Positions 46,615-56,233 of a DNA stretch of 64,000 bases are shown here, one piece after another. The notes below the pieces were generated by a model. It saw only the letters and a list, made by a program, of their open reading frames with translations. It had not been told where the DNA came from and searched no databases. A program made the translations under genes and the position numbers. Source of the stretch: an uncultured virus (IMG/VR IMGVR_UViG_3300042814_000160) (taxonomy: Duplodnaviria > Heunggongvirae > Uroviricota > Caudoviricetes); the IMG/VR virus record IMGVR_UViG_3300042814_000160, one strand, 5' to 3'. Position 1 is the first letter of the stretch. Every line of letters starts with the position of its first letter.

Positions 46615-48351
46615 ATGCGGATCTCCACCACCGGGTCCATCGTGTATGGCACCGATCGGGTCGCCATCGACGGCGCGATCCCCGCCGCGCTGAACAGTAT
46701 CCAGGGCGGGCAGGTCTCGTGGTACGACGCCACGACGGTGTTCTGGCGCGAGGACCTCGGCGCCGGCGCGAGTGGCCTGCGCTTCTACGACACCGTCTCG
46801 CACGCGATCACCACCATCGACAACGTCGGGGCCAACGTCGCGTGGGCGGGGCAAGGGCGCTGGGCGGCGTGGTTGGCGGGGGGCCCGAGCCGGGGTGTGC
46901 GGACCTCCTTCGGCGTGGTTACCCCACCGAACGGCATGGGCATGGGCGACGTCGCGGGGGACACCGGCGATATCGTGCTGGTCTCCTCCTACGCGAGTGG
47001 CTCGGGCCTGCGGTGTTATCAAAGCGGCGCGCTCACCCGCACCTTCAACGGGACCCTCAACCAGCCGATCATCCGCACGCGGTACGGGGCGGTCGCGTTT
47101 GGCCAGCCCGCCGGGTGGTACGTGGTGAACATCGCCACGGGGAACACCGTGGGGTACTACCGCCGGACCGACCCGGTGAATTGGATCATCCCCATCTACG
47201 ACGGGACTGACTGGTGGGTGGTGGAGCGGGTGGAGAACTTGTCCATTCGCAAGGTGGACAGCGACCAGGCGTACATCATCGAGCCCAACCCGATTGCGTT
47301 CGCGCCAGACGCCATCCTCCTGTCCGCCGGCGTGGCGCGCATCGCCTACACCATCACTGAGGGCGAGGCGCTCAGTGACCTCGTCGTGGTCAACCTGACG
47401 TTGAACTCCGGCGCGGCGACCCGCGGGGTGGTGAGCGGCGGGACGATCAACTACGCCGCGACGTCGTTCTCGCCGACCACCGTGGGCCTCACCGGTCCGG
47501 CCGGGAACCCCTCGGGTGGGGGTGGCGGCGGCGGTGGCGGGGGTGGGGGTGGCACCCCCCAGAACCCCACGATCATCCCGCGGATTCAGCGCCCGGAGCC
47601 GCCCCCCTCGCGGGCGACCCGGCTCTACCCGCATGTCGACCAAATCAAGGACACCGCGGCGAAGCAGTCCCTGCGGGTGTTGTGGGACCAGCACCACGAT
47701 GTGGTCGACCAGATTCGTACCGTCCAAGCGACCCAAACCCGGCAGGCGACCGCGATCACCCAGGCCCAATCCACCGCCACCGCCGCGCAAACCGCCACCG
47801 CGCAGAACGCCGCCCTCGCCGGGAAGCAGACCAGCGCGTTCCCGGGCGACTCGATTCAAATCTCGGGGGTGGGCACCGGGAGTGGTGGCGCCGGGACCGG
47901 GGGTGGGGGTGGCGATGCGGCGTGGGACCAAGGACAGGGGGGCTCGGGGTTGGCGTCGAGCTACCCCACCGGGCACGCCCCGGCCGGCGCGCCGCTGGAC
48001 CTGGTCACCGTGGGGAGGATCTTGGGTGGGGTCCAGAAGGAATGGTCCGCCCTCCTCGCCCCGGCGGCCAGCGGCCCCGCCCGGGACGCGAACCTCGCCG
48101 AATTCATCGTCCGGCTGATCTGGCACCTCGCCCAGGCCGGGTTCACCGCGGGCAACAACCGCAACCCCTCCGGCGCCACCGGCATCGACAACTTCGTGGC
48201 CCAGGTGGACGGGGTGTTCCGGGGGTATGATATTTTCCCAGCGGCCAACTTCAGCGCCTATGGCTCGTTTTTGAACCAGGCGCAGATTCAGATGTTGCCG
48301 CTCGGTACCAGCGAAACCGGGTACATCCCCAACGCGGGGTTGCCCGACTAG
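46615..48351 (+). CDS. Multidomain tail-associated protein
   Basis: N-terminus resembles that of the 33160 protein; poly-Gly linker; coiled coil. Confidence 0.55.
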   Translation: MRISTTGSIVYGTDRVAIDGAIPAALNSIQGGQVSWYDATTVFWREDLGAGASGLRFYDTVSHAITTIDNVGANVAWAGQGRWAAWLAGGPSRGVRTSFGVVTPPNGMGMGDVAGDTGDIVLVSSYASGSGLRCYQSGALTRTFNGTLNQPIIRTRYGAVAFGQPAGWYVVNIATGNTVGYYRRTDPVNWIIPIYDGTDWWVVERVENLSIRKVDSDQAYIIEPNPIAFAPDAILLSAGVARIAYTITEGEALSDLVVVNLTLNSGAATRGVVSGGTINYAATSFSPTTVGLTGPAGNPSGGGGGGGGGGGGGTPQNPTIIPRIQRPEPPPSRATRLYPHVDQIKDTAAKQSLRVLWDQHHDVVDQIRTVQATQTRQATAITQAQSTATAAQTATAQNAALAGKQTSAFPGDSIQISGVGTGSGGAGTGGGGGDAAWDQGQGGSGLASSYPTGHAPAGAPLDLVTVGRILGGVQKEWSALLAPAASGPARDANLAEFIVRLIWHLAQAGFTAGNNRNPSGATGIDNFVAQVDGVFRGYDIFPAANFSAYGSFLNQAQIQMLPLGTSETGYIPNAGLPD

Positions 48352-48361
48352 GAGTCACCCC

Positions 48362-48784
48362 ATGAGTGTCCCAGCACTCCCGTCCGGTCACGTCTACACC
48401 ACCCGTGTGCTCCCGTCCGAGGAATGGCCAGTCAAGTACGCCCAGGCCCAGCTCCTCCAGTACCCGCAGCTCCCCAACCCCGAGCACACCATGATGATCG
48501 TCGTCGAGGACCCCGATGGGGTGATCGTCGCGTCGTGGTGTGCGATGAACACCGTCCACTTGGAGGGGCTGTACGTCAGCCAGGCGTACCGCCACGTGGC
48601 GGCGGTCGCGCGCGAACTCATGGTGGGGATGGGGGTCGCCCTCCTGAACGTCGGGTGCCGCGAAGCCTTGACCATTGGGCAGGACCCGGCTATCGTCTCC
48701 CTAGCGCAGAAGGCGGGGTTTGTCATCATTCCCGGGACACTCCTCAAGCTGGCTCTGACGCCCCCTGTGGAGGCGCCGTCCTGA
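48362..48784 (+). CDS. GNAT-like protein preceding ejection genes
   Basis: HLEGLYVSQAYR...LAQKAGF. Confidence 0.6.
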   Translation: MSVPALPSGHVYTTRVLPSEEWPVKYAQAQLLQYPQLPNPEHTMMIVVEDPDGVIVASWCAMNTVHLEGLYVSQAYRHVAAVARELMVGMGVALLNVGCREALTIGQDPAIVSLAQKAGFVIIPGTLLKLALTPPVEAPS

Positions 48785-48785
48785 G

Positions 48786-49436
48786 ATGCCTGCTGTCGTC
48801 CCCCTGATCATGATCGGTGGGTCGCTTGTGTCCAGTTACATGGCCAAGCGACAAGCCGACAAGGCCCAGAAGGCCCTGCAGCCGTCCATTGACGCGCAGA
48901 CGGGGATCGCCCAGACGTTCCAGCAGCAGGGGACGCAACTGATTGGCGAGGGGCAGGACCAGCTCCGCGCGCCCACGAATTTCTACCAGCAGCTCCTGAG
49001 CGGCAACAAGGCGGCAGTGTCCCAGGCGGTCGCGCCGGACGTCGCCAATTTGCGCGATGTGTACAGCGGCGCGCACAAGCAGCTCGAACGATCGGGCACC
49101 CAGGGGGCCAGCCGCGATATGGCCTCGGCCGAATTGGGTCGGCAGGAAGCGGGGCAACTCGGCAGCTTCGTGCTGGGCGCGCGCCCCGCCGCGGCCGAAG
49201 CCATGACCGCCATGGGCCAGAACACCCGCGCCGCCGGGGTGGGCATGGGCATGAACGCGGCCAACATCTACGGGTCGCTTCTCACCGGCGCGCGCCAGGA
49301 TCGCGCTTACAACGGCGCCATCTCCCAGCAAATCGGCGAGAACACCGGCGAACTCCTCACCTCCATCTACAAGGCGTGGGGGAGCAAACAGGGCCAGAAG
49401 AACCCGCTCCCGCCCGGTGAGGTCATCCGGTTCTAA
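48786..49436 (+). CDS. DNA ejection (internal virion) protein, small
   Basis: Hydrophobic N-terminus, Gln/Ala/Gly-rich helical body; synteny. Confidence 0.6.
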   Translation: MPAVVPLIMIGGSLVSSYMAKRQADKAQKALQPSIDAQTGIAQTFQQQGTQLIGEGQDQLRAPTNFYQQLLSGNKAAVSQAVAPDVANLRDVYSGAHKQLERSGTQGASRDMASAELGRQEAGQLGSFVLGARPAAAEAMTAMGQNTRAAGVGMGMNAANIYGSLLTGARQDRAYNGAISQQIGENTGELLTSIYKAWGSKQGQKNPLPPGEVIRF

Positions 49437-51340
49437 TGGGCTCCTTTTTCGGCGGTCTCCTTGGCGGCTTCAATCGCGCGGCGGCGATCACCCGGGAGGA
49501 ATCCCGGCGTGAGCAGGACGCGCAGGACGCCCGCGAAAACGAGGCGCTGAAACTCCTCACCGAGCACGGCACGCCCGAGTTGGCGGACGCCGCTGCGTCG
49601 GCCATGTTCCAGAAGGCGCTGGGCGGGAAGGCCCCCAAGCAGGGGTTCATGGCCGGGCTGATGGGCAACCCGCGTGCGATCACCCACCCGGCGGTGCAAA
49701 CGGTCATGGCGCTGATGCGTCAGCCCGAGCAGGTCGGTGGCGGGTTGCCGGTGAGCCGCGGGACGATGTCCGCGCCGACATCTCCGGCCCAGCCCGCGCC
49801 GAGTGGGGCGTCTGCCGCGATGGCGCCGCCGCCAGATGCCGCCGGTGGCGGGGTGAACCCCGGGGCGCTCACGCCTCCGCCCACGCCGCAGTCGCTCCCC
49901 GTGTCGAGCGCGCCGCCGCAGGTGAATATCCAATCGACCCAGCGCACCCCGGGGGTCAGCCGGCCGCGGCAGATTCTGGAGGACCCGGCGGTCAAGGCCC
50001 AACGCCTCGCGACGTCGAAGTGGCGCGGGGAACTCCAAGCCAAGGGCGACATCCTCACCGAGTACGGTGCCACCCCCGACGAGCGCCGCGAGACGATCAT
50101 GCGCGATATCGGCGGCGCGCAGGGCTCCCAACTGGGGTACCGCCCCGTGGGCCGTCCCTACGTCAACGACGCCGGGGAGATGGTCATTACCCTCGTCAAC
50201 GGCGCCGGGCAGACCATGGAGGCCCCCTCGGGTCCGTGGACCAGTGGCTCGGGCGGTGGCGGGGGTGGCAAGCAGCAGGTCACCGGGACCGTCCCGGATG
50301 GCCAGGGCGGCACGCGCCAAGTGAGTGGGTACTTCGACGGCGCCAAGGGGGGGTACTTCGACACGAATGGGATCCCGCTGGTCGGGTTCATCCGGCAGTC
50401 GATCGCCACCGGCGCCGGGATGACGCGCGATTCGCTGGCCCGGGCCACGTTTGGCGGCCGCGCCTACGCCCTGCTCACGCCCGAGGAACAGCAACACGTC
50501 CTGAAGCTGGAGCAGGATTACCTCCGGACGTCCGCGTTCAACCGGGGCACGGGCGCCGGCGAGGCCGCCAACCAGACCAAGCTGAACGCCCCCATCGGCA
50601 TCAACGAAGGCGCGCAGCAGGGGGTGAGCGGCACGACCACCTTGGGCCAGCTCGACGGCGTGGCGATGTTCACGCCCGAGCAGAAGGTCCGGTACGAAGC
50701 GATCAAGGACCTCCGCCCCTCCTTGGAGCGCGTGCGCGACTTGGTGAACGTCGTGTTCCCGGATTCGACCGGGCTCATCGGCGGGATCACCGCGGCCGCC
50801 GTGTTGGCCGGCAAGCGCGCCTCGCGTGACCCCGACCTCGCGCGGCTCGAAGCGTTGGTGGATCAATCCCTCTCCCACGTCGCCAAGTCGATCAGCGCGG
50901 AAACGGGTCGCCTCACCGAGCAGGATGCGGTCCGCGCGCAGACGTCGCTGGCCAACCTCAAGGCGGCGCTCCTGAGCGGGGATACGAAGGAATCCGCCCT
51001 CGCCCGGATCGACGAGACCCTCGACAGCACCGACCGCATCCTGAAGGACCTCCCCAACCCGGCGGCGGCGCTCCGATCCCGTGGGTCGGGTAGCCTCACG
51101 ACGCCACCGCCGGCCCCGGCCGGGGACGCTGGGACGCGCCCGGCTTCCGGCGGTGGTGCGCCACCGGCTCCGGCCGGAGCGCCGTCGGCGGGTGGGGCGG
51201 TGGACCAGACTCTCGCGCCGGATGTGGCCGCCTATGTGGAAACCGTGAAGGTCCCCCCGGGGATGCCGTTCGCGGTGATCGAGGGCGCGGGCAAGGTCAT
51301 CCACAAGTACCCGGACGGCCGCGTGATCGTGATCAAGTAG
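49436..51340 (+). CDS. DNA ejection protein, medium
   Basis: MGSFFGGLLGGF N-terminus; TAATG coupling. Confidence 0.55.
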   Translation: MGSFFGGLLGGFNRAAAITREESRREQDAQDARENEALKLLTEHGTPELADAAASAMFQKALGGKAPKQGFMAGLMGNPRAITHPAVQTVMALMRQPEQVGGGLPVSRGTMSAPTSPAQPAPSGASAAMAPPPDAAGGGVNPGALTPPPTPQSLPVSSAPPQVNIQSTQRTPGVSRPRQILEDPAVKAQRLATSKWRGELQAKGDILTEYGATPDERRETIMRDIGGAQGSQLGYRPVGRPYVNDAGEMVITLVNGAGQTMEAPSGPWTSGSGGGGGGKQQVTGTVPDGQGGTRQVSGYFDGAKGGYFDTNGIPLVGFIRQSIATGAGMTRDSLARATFGGRAYALLTPEEQQHVLKLEQDYLRTSAFNRGTGAGEAANQTKLNAPIGINEGAQQGVSGTTTLGQLDGVAMFTPEQKVRYEAIKDLRPSLERVRDLVNVVFPDSTGLIGGITAAAVLAGKRASRDPDLARLEALVDQSLSHVAKSISAETGRLTEQDAVRAQTSLANLKAALLSGDTKESALARIDETLDSTDRILKDLPNPAAALRSRGSGSLTTPPPAPAGDAGTRPASGGGAPPAPAGAPSAGGAVDQTLAPDVAAYVETVKVPPGMPFAVIEGAGKVIHKYPDGRVIVIK

Positions 51341-51343
51341 CCC

Positions 51344-54121
51344 ATGGCCAGCCAGGGGTTCAGCGTCCGCCTCCCGACGCCCGAAGAGGTCATCACCGCC
51401 AAGCGGAACGGGTCCATCCAGACGCCCAATGGGCAACCCGTGCCCGGGCTGACGGCCCCGCCACGGCCGGTGTCGGCGGACCAGACGGCCACCCCGGCGC
51501 CCGCGGCGGGTGGGTTCCAGCAGCGGATGCCCACGCCCGAGGAAGCGGCGATGGCCAAGAGCCCGCGGCTCGATGACCTGCCGGTACCCCCTTCGTTTGG
51601 GTCGATGCGGCCGCCGCCCACCCCGCCCAACGTGGGGCTGGACCGGTTCGTTCGCCAGCCCACCGAGGGGCTGCTGAACACCATGGACGCCGCGCGGCGG
51701 TCGCCCGGGTTCACCCCGAAGGAAGTCACCGGGGTCTCGCGGGAGATCCTTCCCACGACCGGGTCCATTATCGGAGGCACCCTTGGCGCGCGCGAGGGTC
51801 CGGCCGGGGCCGTAGCCGGGTCGACTATGGGCGCCGGGTTTGGCGACCTCGCGTCGATGGTGGTGGAAACCGCCGTGGGCGCACCCCCCTCGTTGTCCTC
51901 GGTGGCGGATCGGTTCACCTCCTCGACGGCGACCGGCGCCGCCAGCGAAATCGGGGGGCAATTCGCGGGAAAGGTCCTCGGGAAGGTCGCGGCGCCGTTC
52001 GCCAACAAGGTCACCGCGGCCGGACGCCAAGCGGCCGAGTACCTCGGGGGCCACATCACCCCGGCCCAGATGGCCGACTCGCCGTTTCTGGCCACCCTGG
52101 AGAACATCACCAAGAATTCGTTTCTGGGCAGCGGCCGGTACCGCGACTTCATCACCAAGCAGAACGAGATCCTCACCACCAAGGTGGACCAGCTCCTGAA
52201 CCAGTACGGCTCCCGCGCCGGGGTGGAAGAGGCCGGGAAGGTGTACCAGGCGGCCGGTCGGCGGGCCGTGGGGGCCGCCACGCAGGGGGCGGAGGCGCAG
52301 GCGGCTGGACAGCTCGGCCAGGCGCAGTCGGCGCACCAGGCCGCACAGGCGGGGCTGGAGGGGGCCACCCAGAGCGCGCAGACGGCGCGAGGTGACCTCC
52401 TCAAGGAGTACGGCGACCCACGCGGGCCCGAGGCCACGGGGCGCCTCTGGCAGAACCTCCAGCGGGTCGCGCACGAGGGGGCCAAGGAGCACGGCTCGGC
52501 CCTCTACGCCAAGGTGGATGAACTCGCGCAGGGGGTGCAGGTGCCCCTCACGTCGTTGCGCGACTTCGCCGAGCAGGAACTCGCCCGGTATGGCGAACTC
52601 GGCGCCGCGCTCGAAGGGGGCAAGGGGGTCAGCGCCGCGCGCAAGGTGATGGCCACCGGGAAGGACGACGTCGAGGGCGACCTCCTCGCCGGGATCAACG
52701 CGGTCCCCGGCAACGACATGGCCAAGGCCGCCCTGTCCGGGATGCGCCCCGACAACCCCCAGCGGCAGATGCTCCTGGAGTTGATGAGTGGCGCGGGGAT
52801 CGGCGCCGAGGACGGGGTGAGTTTCGAGCAGGCGCACCGGATTCGCTCCACGTTGTCGCAGATGTCCCGGGACGCCGCGCGCACGGGGAATTCCAAGGTC
52901 AAGGGGATCGCCGACCAACTCTCCAAGCGGATCGACGACGCGATGACCGAGGCGGCGGGCGGGACGGATACCCCCCTCTCCCAGGCGTACCGTGAAGCCA
53001 GCGGCGCGTGGAAAACCATGGCCGACACCTACGAGCGGGGGATGCTGGCGCAGGTCGCCCGGCGCGAACCCCGCGTGGTGGTCGACACGATGATCCGCCC
53101 GGGCCGCGTGGCCGATATCGCCAAGGCCAAGGCGGCGGTGGGCGAGGACGGCTGGAAGGCGATCCAATCCGAGCACCTCCACGACCTCCTAACCGGTCCC
53201 GACGGGAACCCCGTGGACGCCAAGACCCTCACCAAGCGGCTGGTGGCCCTCCGTCCGGAAACCATCGAGGCGGTGTACGGCAAGGACGGCTTGGCCAAGT
53301 TGGGCGGCCTGCAGGGGATGCTGGCCACGGTCGCCGAGCGCCAGGCGGGGGTCGAGGCCGCGTCCAAGGGGCTCACCCTCGCCGAGAAGGCCGCGGGGAA
53401 GGCCAAGCCGCCCGATTTGGGGATCCCCCACCTCGACAGCGACCCGCACACGGTGCTGGCGAAGATCATCCAGCCCAACTCCATCGAGGCGGTGGAGCGG
53501 GCCAAGGCCCTCGTGGGGCCCGAGGATTGGGCCAAGGTCCAATCCGCGCACGCCCAGCAGATTCTCCAAGGTGATGGGGACAAGCTAGTCACCGGCGACG
53601 TGTTGATGAACCGGCTGAACAAGCTGTCGCGAGAAACCATGGACGCGACGTATGGGCGATCCGCCGATGGGTTCTACCAACTCGCGCGCGTCATGGAGCA
53701 GTTGGAGAAAAAAGAGGGCATCGGCACCGGCCGGGTGGCGATCCAGCTCACCCAGGGCGGCACCGTCACCGGGCTCATGCTGGGGAAGATGACCAAGGCC
53801 GCCGGCGCGGTCCTGGTCGGCCCGATGATGCTCGGGCGGATCATGGTCAACCCGGTCGCGCGACAGTACTTGACCACCGGCCTGCGGGCGACCGCCGCGG
53901 GCGATTCGGCCACCGCCGGACGGGTGGGGGCGAACCTCCTCGGGTTCCTCGTGCGGGAGGGGTACCTGCAGAGTCGCGGCGCCGCCCCACCCGCCCCTAC
54001 AGACGCGCCGGCGGGACGGGGACCGGGTCCTCGTGCCGGAGGGCCGCCGATGCCGAACCCGGCGCCGGTGCCGGGGGGCCGGACGATGCCCCCACCCGCC
54101 CCACGCGGCGGAGGCGACTAG
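51344..54121 (+). CDS. DNA ejection protein, large
   Basis: 925 aa Ala/Gly-rich helical protein with internal repeats; last late gene. Confidence 0.55.
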   Translation: MASQGFSVRLPTPEEVITAKRNGSIQTPNGQPVPGLTAPPRPVSADQTATPAPAAGGFQQRMPTPEEAAMAKSPRLDDLPVPPSFGSMRPPPTPPNVGLDRFVRQPTEGLLNTMDAARRSPGFTPKEVTGVSREILPTTGSIIGGTLGAREGPAGAVAGSTMGAGFGDLASMVVETAVGAPPSLSSVADRFTSSTATGAASEIGGQFAGKVLGKVAAPFANKVTAAGRQAAEYLGGHITPAQMADSPFLATLENITKNSFLGSGRYRDFITKQNEILTTKVDQLLNQYGSRAGVEEAGKVYQAAGRRAVGAATQGAEAQAAGQLGQAQSAHQAAQAGLEGATQSAQTARGDLLKEYGDPRGPEATGRLWQNLQRVAHEGAKEHGSALYAKVDELAQGVQVPLTSLRDFAEQELARYGELGAALEGGKGVSAARKVMATGKDDVEGDLLAGINAVPGNDMAKAALSGMRPDNPQRQMLLELMSGAGIGAEDGVSFEQAHRIRSTLSQMSRDAARTGNSKVKGIADQLSKRIDDAMTEAAGGTDTPLSQAYREASGAWKTMADTYERGMLAQVARREPRVVVDTMIRPGRVADIAKAKAAVGEDGWKAIQSEHLHDLLTGPDGNPVDAKTLTKRLVALRPETIEAVYGKDGLAKLGGLQGMLATVAERQAGVEAASKGLTLAEKAAGKAKPPDLGIPHLDSDPHTVLAKIIQPNSIEAVERAKALVGPEDWAKVQSAHAQQILQGDGDKLVTGDVLMNRLNKLSRETMDATYGRSADGFYQLARVMEQLEKKEGIGTGRVAIQLTQGGTVTGLMLGKMTKAAGAVLVGPMMLGRIMVNPVARQYLTTGLRATAAGDSATAGRVGANLLGFLVREGYLQSRGAAPPAPTDAPAGRGPGPRAGGPPMPNPAPVPGGRTMPPPAPRGGGD

Positions 54122-54374
54122 ATCCGCTCGGGGACGTAGCCACCAGCGTCGGTTGGCCATCGACCACCGCCAATTTCACATCGGGGATGATCCGCCGGCC
54201 CTGCTTGTACCGCACGGGCAAGAGTGGCACCCACCCGGGGTCGTCACTCGGTGGGGGGTTCGTCACCACCATGTGATACCGCCGCCCCTTGAACGGGCCG
54301 GAGAGGAACGACCGGATGCGGCCGAGGGTGCCATCCGGGAGTTTCTGATCGTCGTGGTCCACAAAGGTGGTCAC
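53997..54374 (-). CDS. Hypothetical protein
   Basis: GTGA overlap with upstream gene; 3' end overlaps the convergent late gene. Confidence 0.4.
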   Translation of the reverse strand: MTTFVDHDDQKLPDGTLGRIRSFLSGPFKGRRYHMVVTNPPPSDDPGWVPLLPVRYKQGRRIIPDVKLAVVDGQPTLVATSPSGSSRLRRVGRVGASSGPPAPAPGSASAALRHEDPVPVPPARL

Positions 54375-54934
54375 AGTAACCGCTCCCACACGGTAAACCA
54401 CCGGGCGCGCGCGTTCCGGCCGGTGCCCACCGCAATGACAAACACTTCCTGCGCGCGCTTCCCGGGGTCGGGCCAGAGGTAATCCAGCACCCCGACTTTG
54501 CCGCCGATCGGGACGACGTCGAGGGCGTTCTTGAGGAGGGCGTTCAGCGGGGGCAACTTGTCCGCCCCGGGGGCGTATTTCGCCGCGTCCTCCTCGGTGT
54601 AGGGTCGGTCGATCAGCACCGCGTGCCAGGCGTACCGCTCCACCGCGTTCAGCTCGGGGAGGAGCACCTCACGCAAGGGGAGCGGCTCTCGGACATCCTG
54701 CAGGAAGTCCGGGGCACACGCCGGGTCGAGGTCGACCGTCTTGTCGTTCACCCCGAACCCCTTGAAGGGGTACTCCCGCACCTTCCCCCCGCACACGTGC
54801 AGGACCGCATCCTCCGCCCCCACGCCCAGCGCGGCGCGCGCCCGGCCCAGGAACCCCGCCGGGTACGCCCCGTAGTACTTCACCTTGGGCCTGGCCAGGA
54901 TCATCACGTCGGTCAGCGGGCGGTAGTCACCCAC
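54371..54934 (-). CDS. Small amino-methyltransferase-like protein with DRPY motif IV
   Basis: YYGAYP, VLHVCGG, TVDLDP..PD..QD, VLIDRPY. Confidence 0.65.
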   Translation of the reverse strand: MGDYRPLTDVMILARPKVKYYGAYPAGFLGRARAALGVGAEDAVLHVCGGKVREYPFKGFGVNDKTVDLDPACAPDFLQDVREPLPLREVLLPELNAVERYAWHAVLIDRPYTEEDAAKYAPGADKLPPLNALLKNALDVVPIGGKVGVLDYLWPDPGKRAQEVFVIAVGTGRNARARWFTVWERLL

Positions 54935-55148
54935 GGTTCAGCCGTTCCTGGTGCGCCTTGGCGATCCCTTCGAGGTCGGCGAGGTCCTCGCCGTGGCGAA
55001 TGACCAGCCGTTCAAGGGTCAGTACGCGCCGTTCGAGTGCGGTGAGCCGCTGGGCCACCGCGTGCTTCCAGGCATTGGCCGCGCGCACGTTCCGCATTGT
55101 CGCGTCCTGGGGATTGCGCTTCTTCGCTCCTACACGTTTGGCTGCCAT
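54927..55148 (-). CDS. Small basic coiled-coil protein
   Basis: GGAGGT RBS. Confidence 0.6.
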   Translation of the reverse strand: MAAKRVGAKKRNPQDATMRNVRAANAWKHAVAQRLTALERRVLTLERLVIRHGEDLADLEGIAKAHQERLNRG

Positions 55149-56233
55149 GTGACCTCCAGATCACGCACATCCTCCTCGTCGACTTCTTCCGCCGGCGAGT
55201 AGGGGGAATCGCCCGGGACTTCCGGGTCGTACACGAAGCTGGGCAGGGCCAACCCGCTCATGTGGCCCCAGTCGGTGCCGATTTTGGCGTCCACCCCGAT
55301 TTGGAGATGGGTCCCCTGGTTCCAGCTTGGATCACACGGGAGCGCCTCCACCGGGCGCTGCATGGCGTACGCCACCCGCTCCACCACGTAGTCGACCAGC
55401 CGGGTCGGCACCTCCATCAGCAGCGAGTCGTGGATGGGGGCCCGGAGCGGCGTCCGCCCGAAGTAAGTGTCCCCCACATAGCACCGGTCGTACAAGGGGT
55501 CCTCGGGATCGAACAGGGGCAGGGAGGCTTCGGTGAGCACCCCGCGCGCGATGGACTGGGGGTAGAACGCGACCACCCGTTTCGCGTCCTCGCCCAACGA
55601 CACCCCGTAGCTGATGTTGTTGATATCGATCACCGGCATCCCGCGCTTCTGCCGCCAGAGTTTCTGCGACAGGGTCAGGCGTTCGTAATGGACCACTGAC
55701 CAGAACCAGTGTTGGTACTGGTAGGGGTGGCCGGACACCGAGCGTGCCTCGGGTTTGTAGGTGTAGGTCCCCGCCCCGCCCAGGTAGTGCTTCTCGTGCG
55801 CGGTGTGGCGCACGGCGGTATGGAATTGGGGCAGCGCCGGGGCAATGTCCTCGTACACCTTGTTAAGGTGCTCGGCTTCCGACAGGGAGCTGAACAGCTT
55901 GAGGTTGTTCATGTACAACCCATGGACGGTCATCCCGTACCCTTTGCCGTGGACCGTGCGTTTGGACTGGTTGTAGGCGGTGGCGACGTCCGGGTCCTCG
56001 GACTTCTTGATCGCCTTGAAATAGCTGGCGAGTTGGTCATCGGGCCAGGTGAGGTCCGCCGGCCGCTTCAGGACATGCGAAGCGAGGTACGCGTGGACGC
56101 CGAGTCCGGCCAGGCGCATGTAGGGGGCATCGCCCATACACCAGCCGAGGAGCTTGGCCTCGATGCCGGCGAAGTCGAACTCCAGCAACTTGGCGGAGGC
56201 CCACACGGCGGGGGCGCTATTCGGCGACGACAT
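55130..56233 (-). CDS. polA: Family A DNA polymerase, C-terminal part (motifs A, B, C)
   Basis: LLEFDFAGIEAKLL, SKRTVHGKGYG, PIHDSLLMEV; GGAGG 6 nt before ATG 56233. Confidence 0.9.
   Translation of the reverse strand: MSSPNSAPAVWASAKLLEFDFAGIEAKLLGWCMGDAPYMRLAGLGVHAYLASHVLKRPADLTWPDDQLASYFKAIKKSEDPDVATAYNQSKRTVHGKGYGMTVHGLYMNNLKLFSSLSEAEHLNKVYEDIAPALPQFHTAVRHTAHEKHYLGGAGTYTYKPEARSVSGHPYQYQHWFWSVVHYERLTLSQKLWRQKRGMPVIDINNISYGVSLGEDAKRVVAFYPQSIARGVLTEASLPLFDPEDPLYDRCYVGDTYFGRTPLRAPIHDSLLMEVPTRLVDYVVERVAYAMQRPVEALPCDPSWNQGTHLQIGVDAKIGTDWGHMSGLALPSFVYDPEVPGDSPYSPAEEVDEEDVRDLEVTWQPNV

Noticed and set aside
18629..53182. Very long antisense ORFs (18629-21289, 43651-46482, 49433-53182, and 56154-58325 on +)
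   Set aside because: Shadow frames of high-GC3 genes with no recognisable motifs
17464..54121. Genome-wide amber (TAG) recoding
   Set aside because: Many genes end cleanly at TAG followed by promoters or RBSs, ORFs are long in the standard code, and no suppressor tRNA was recognised
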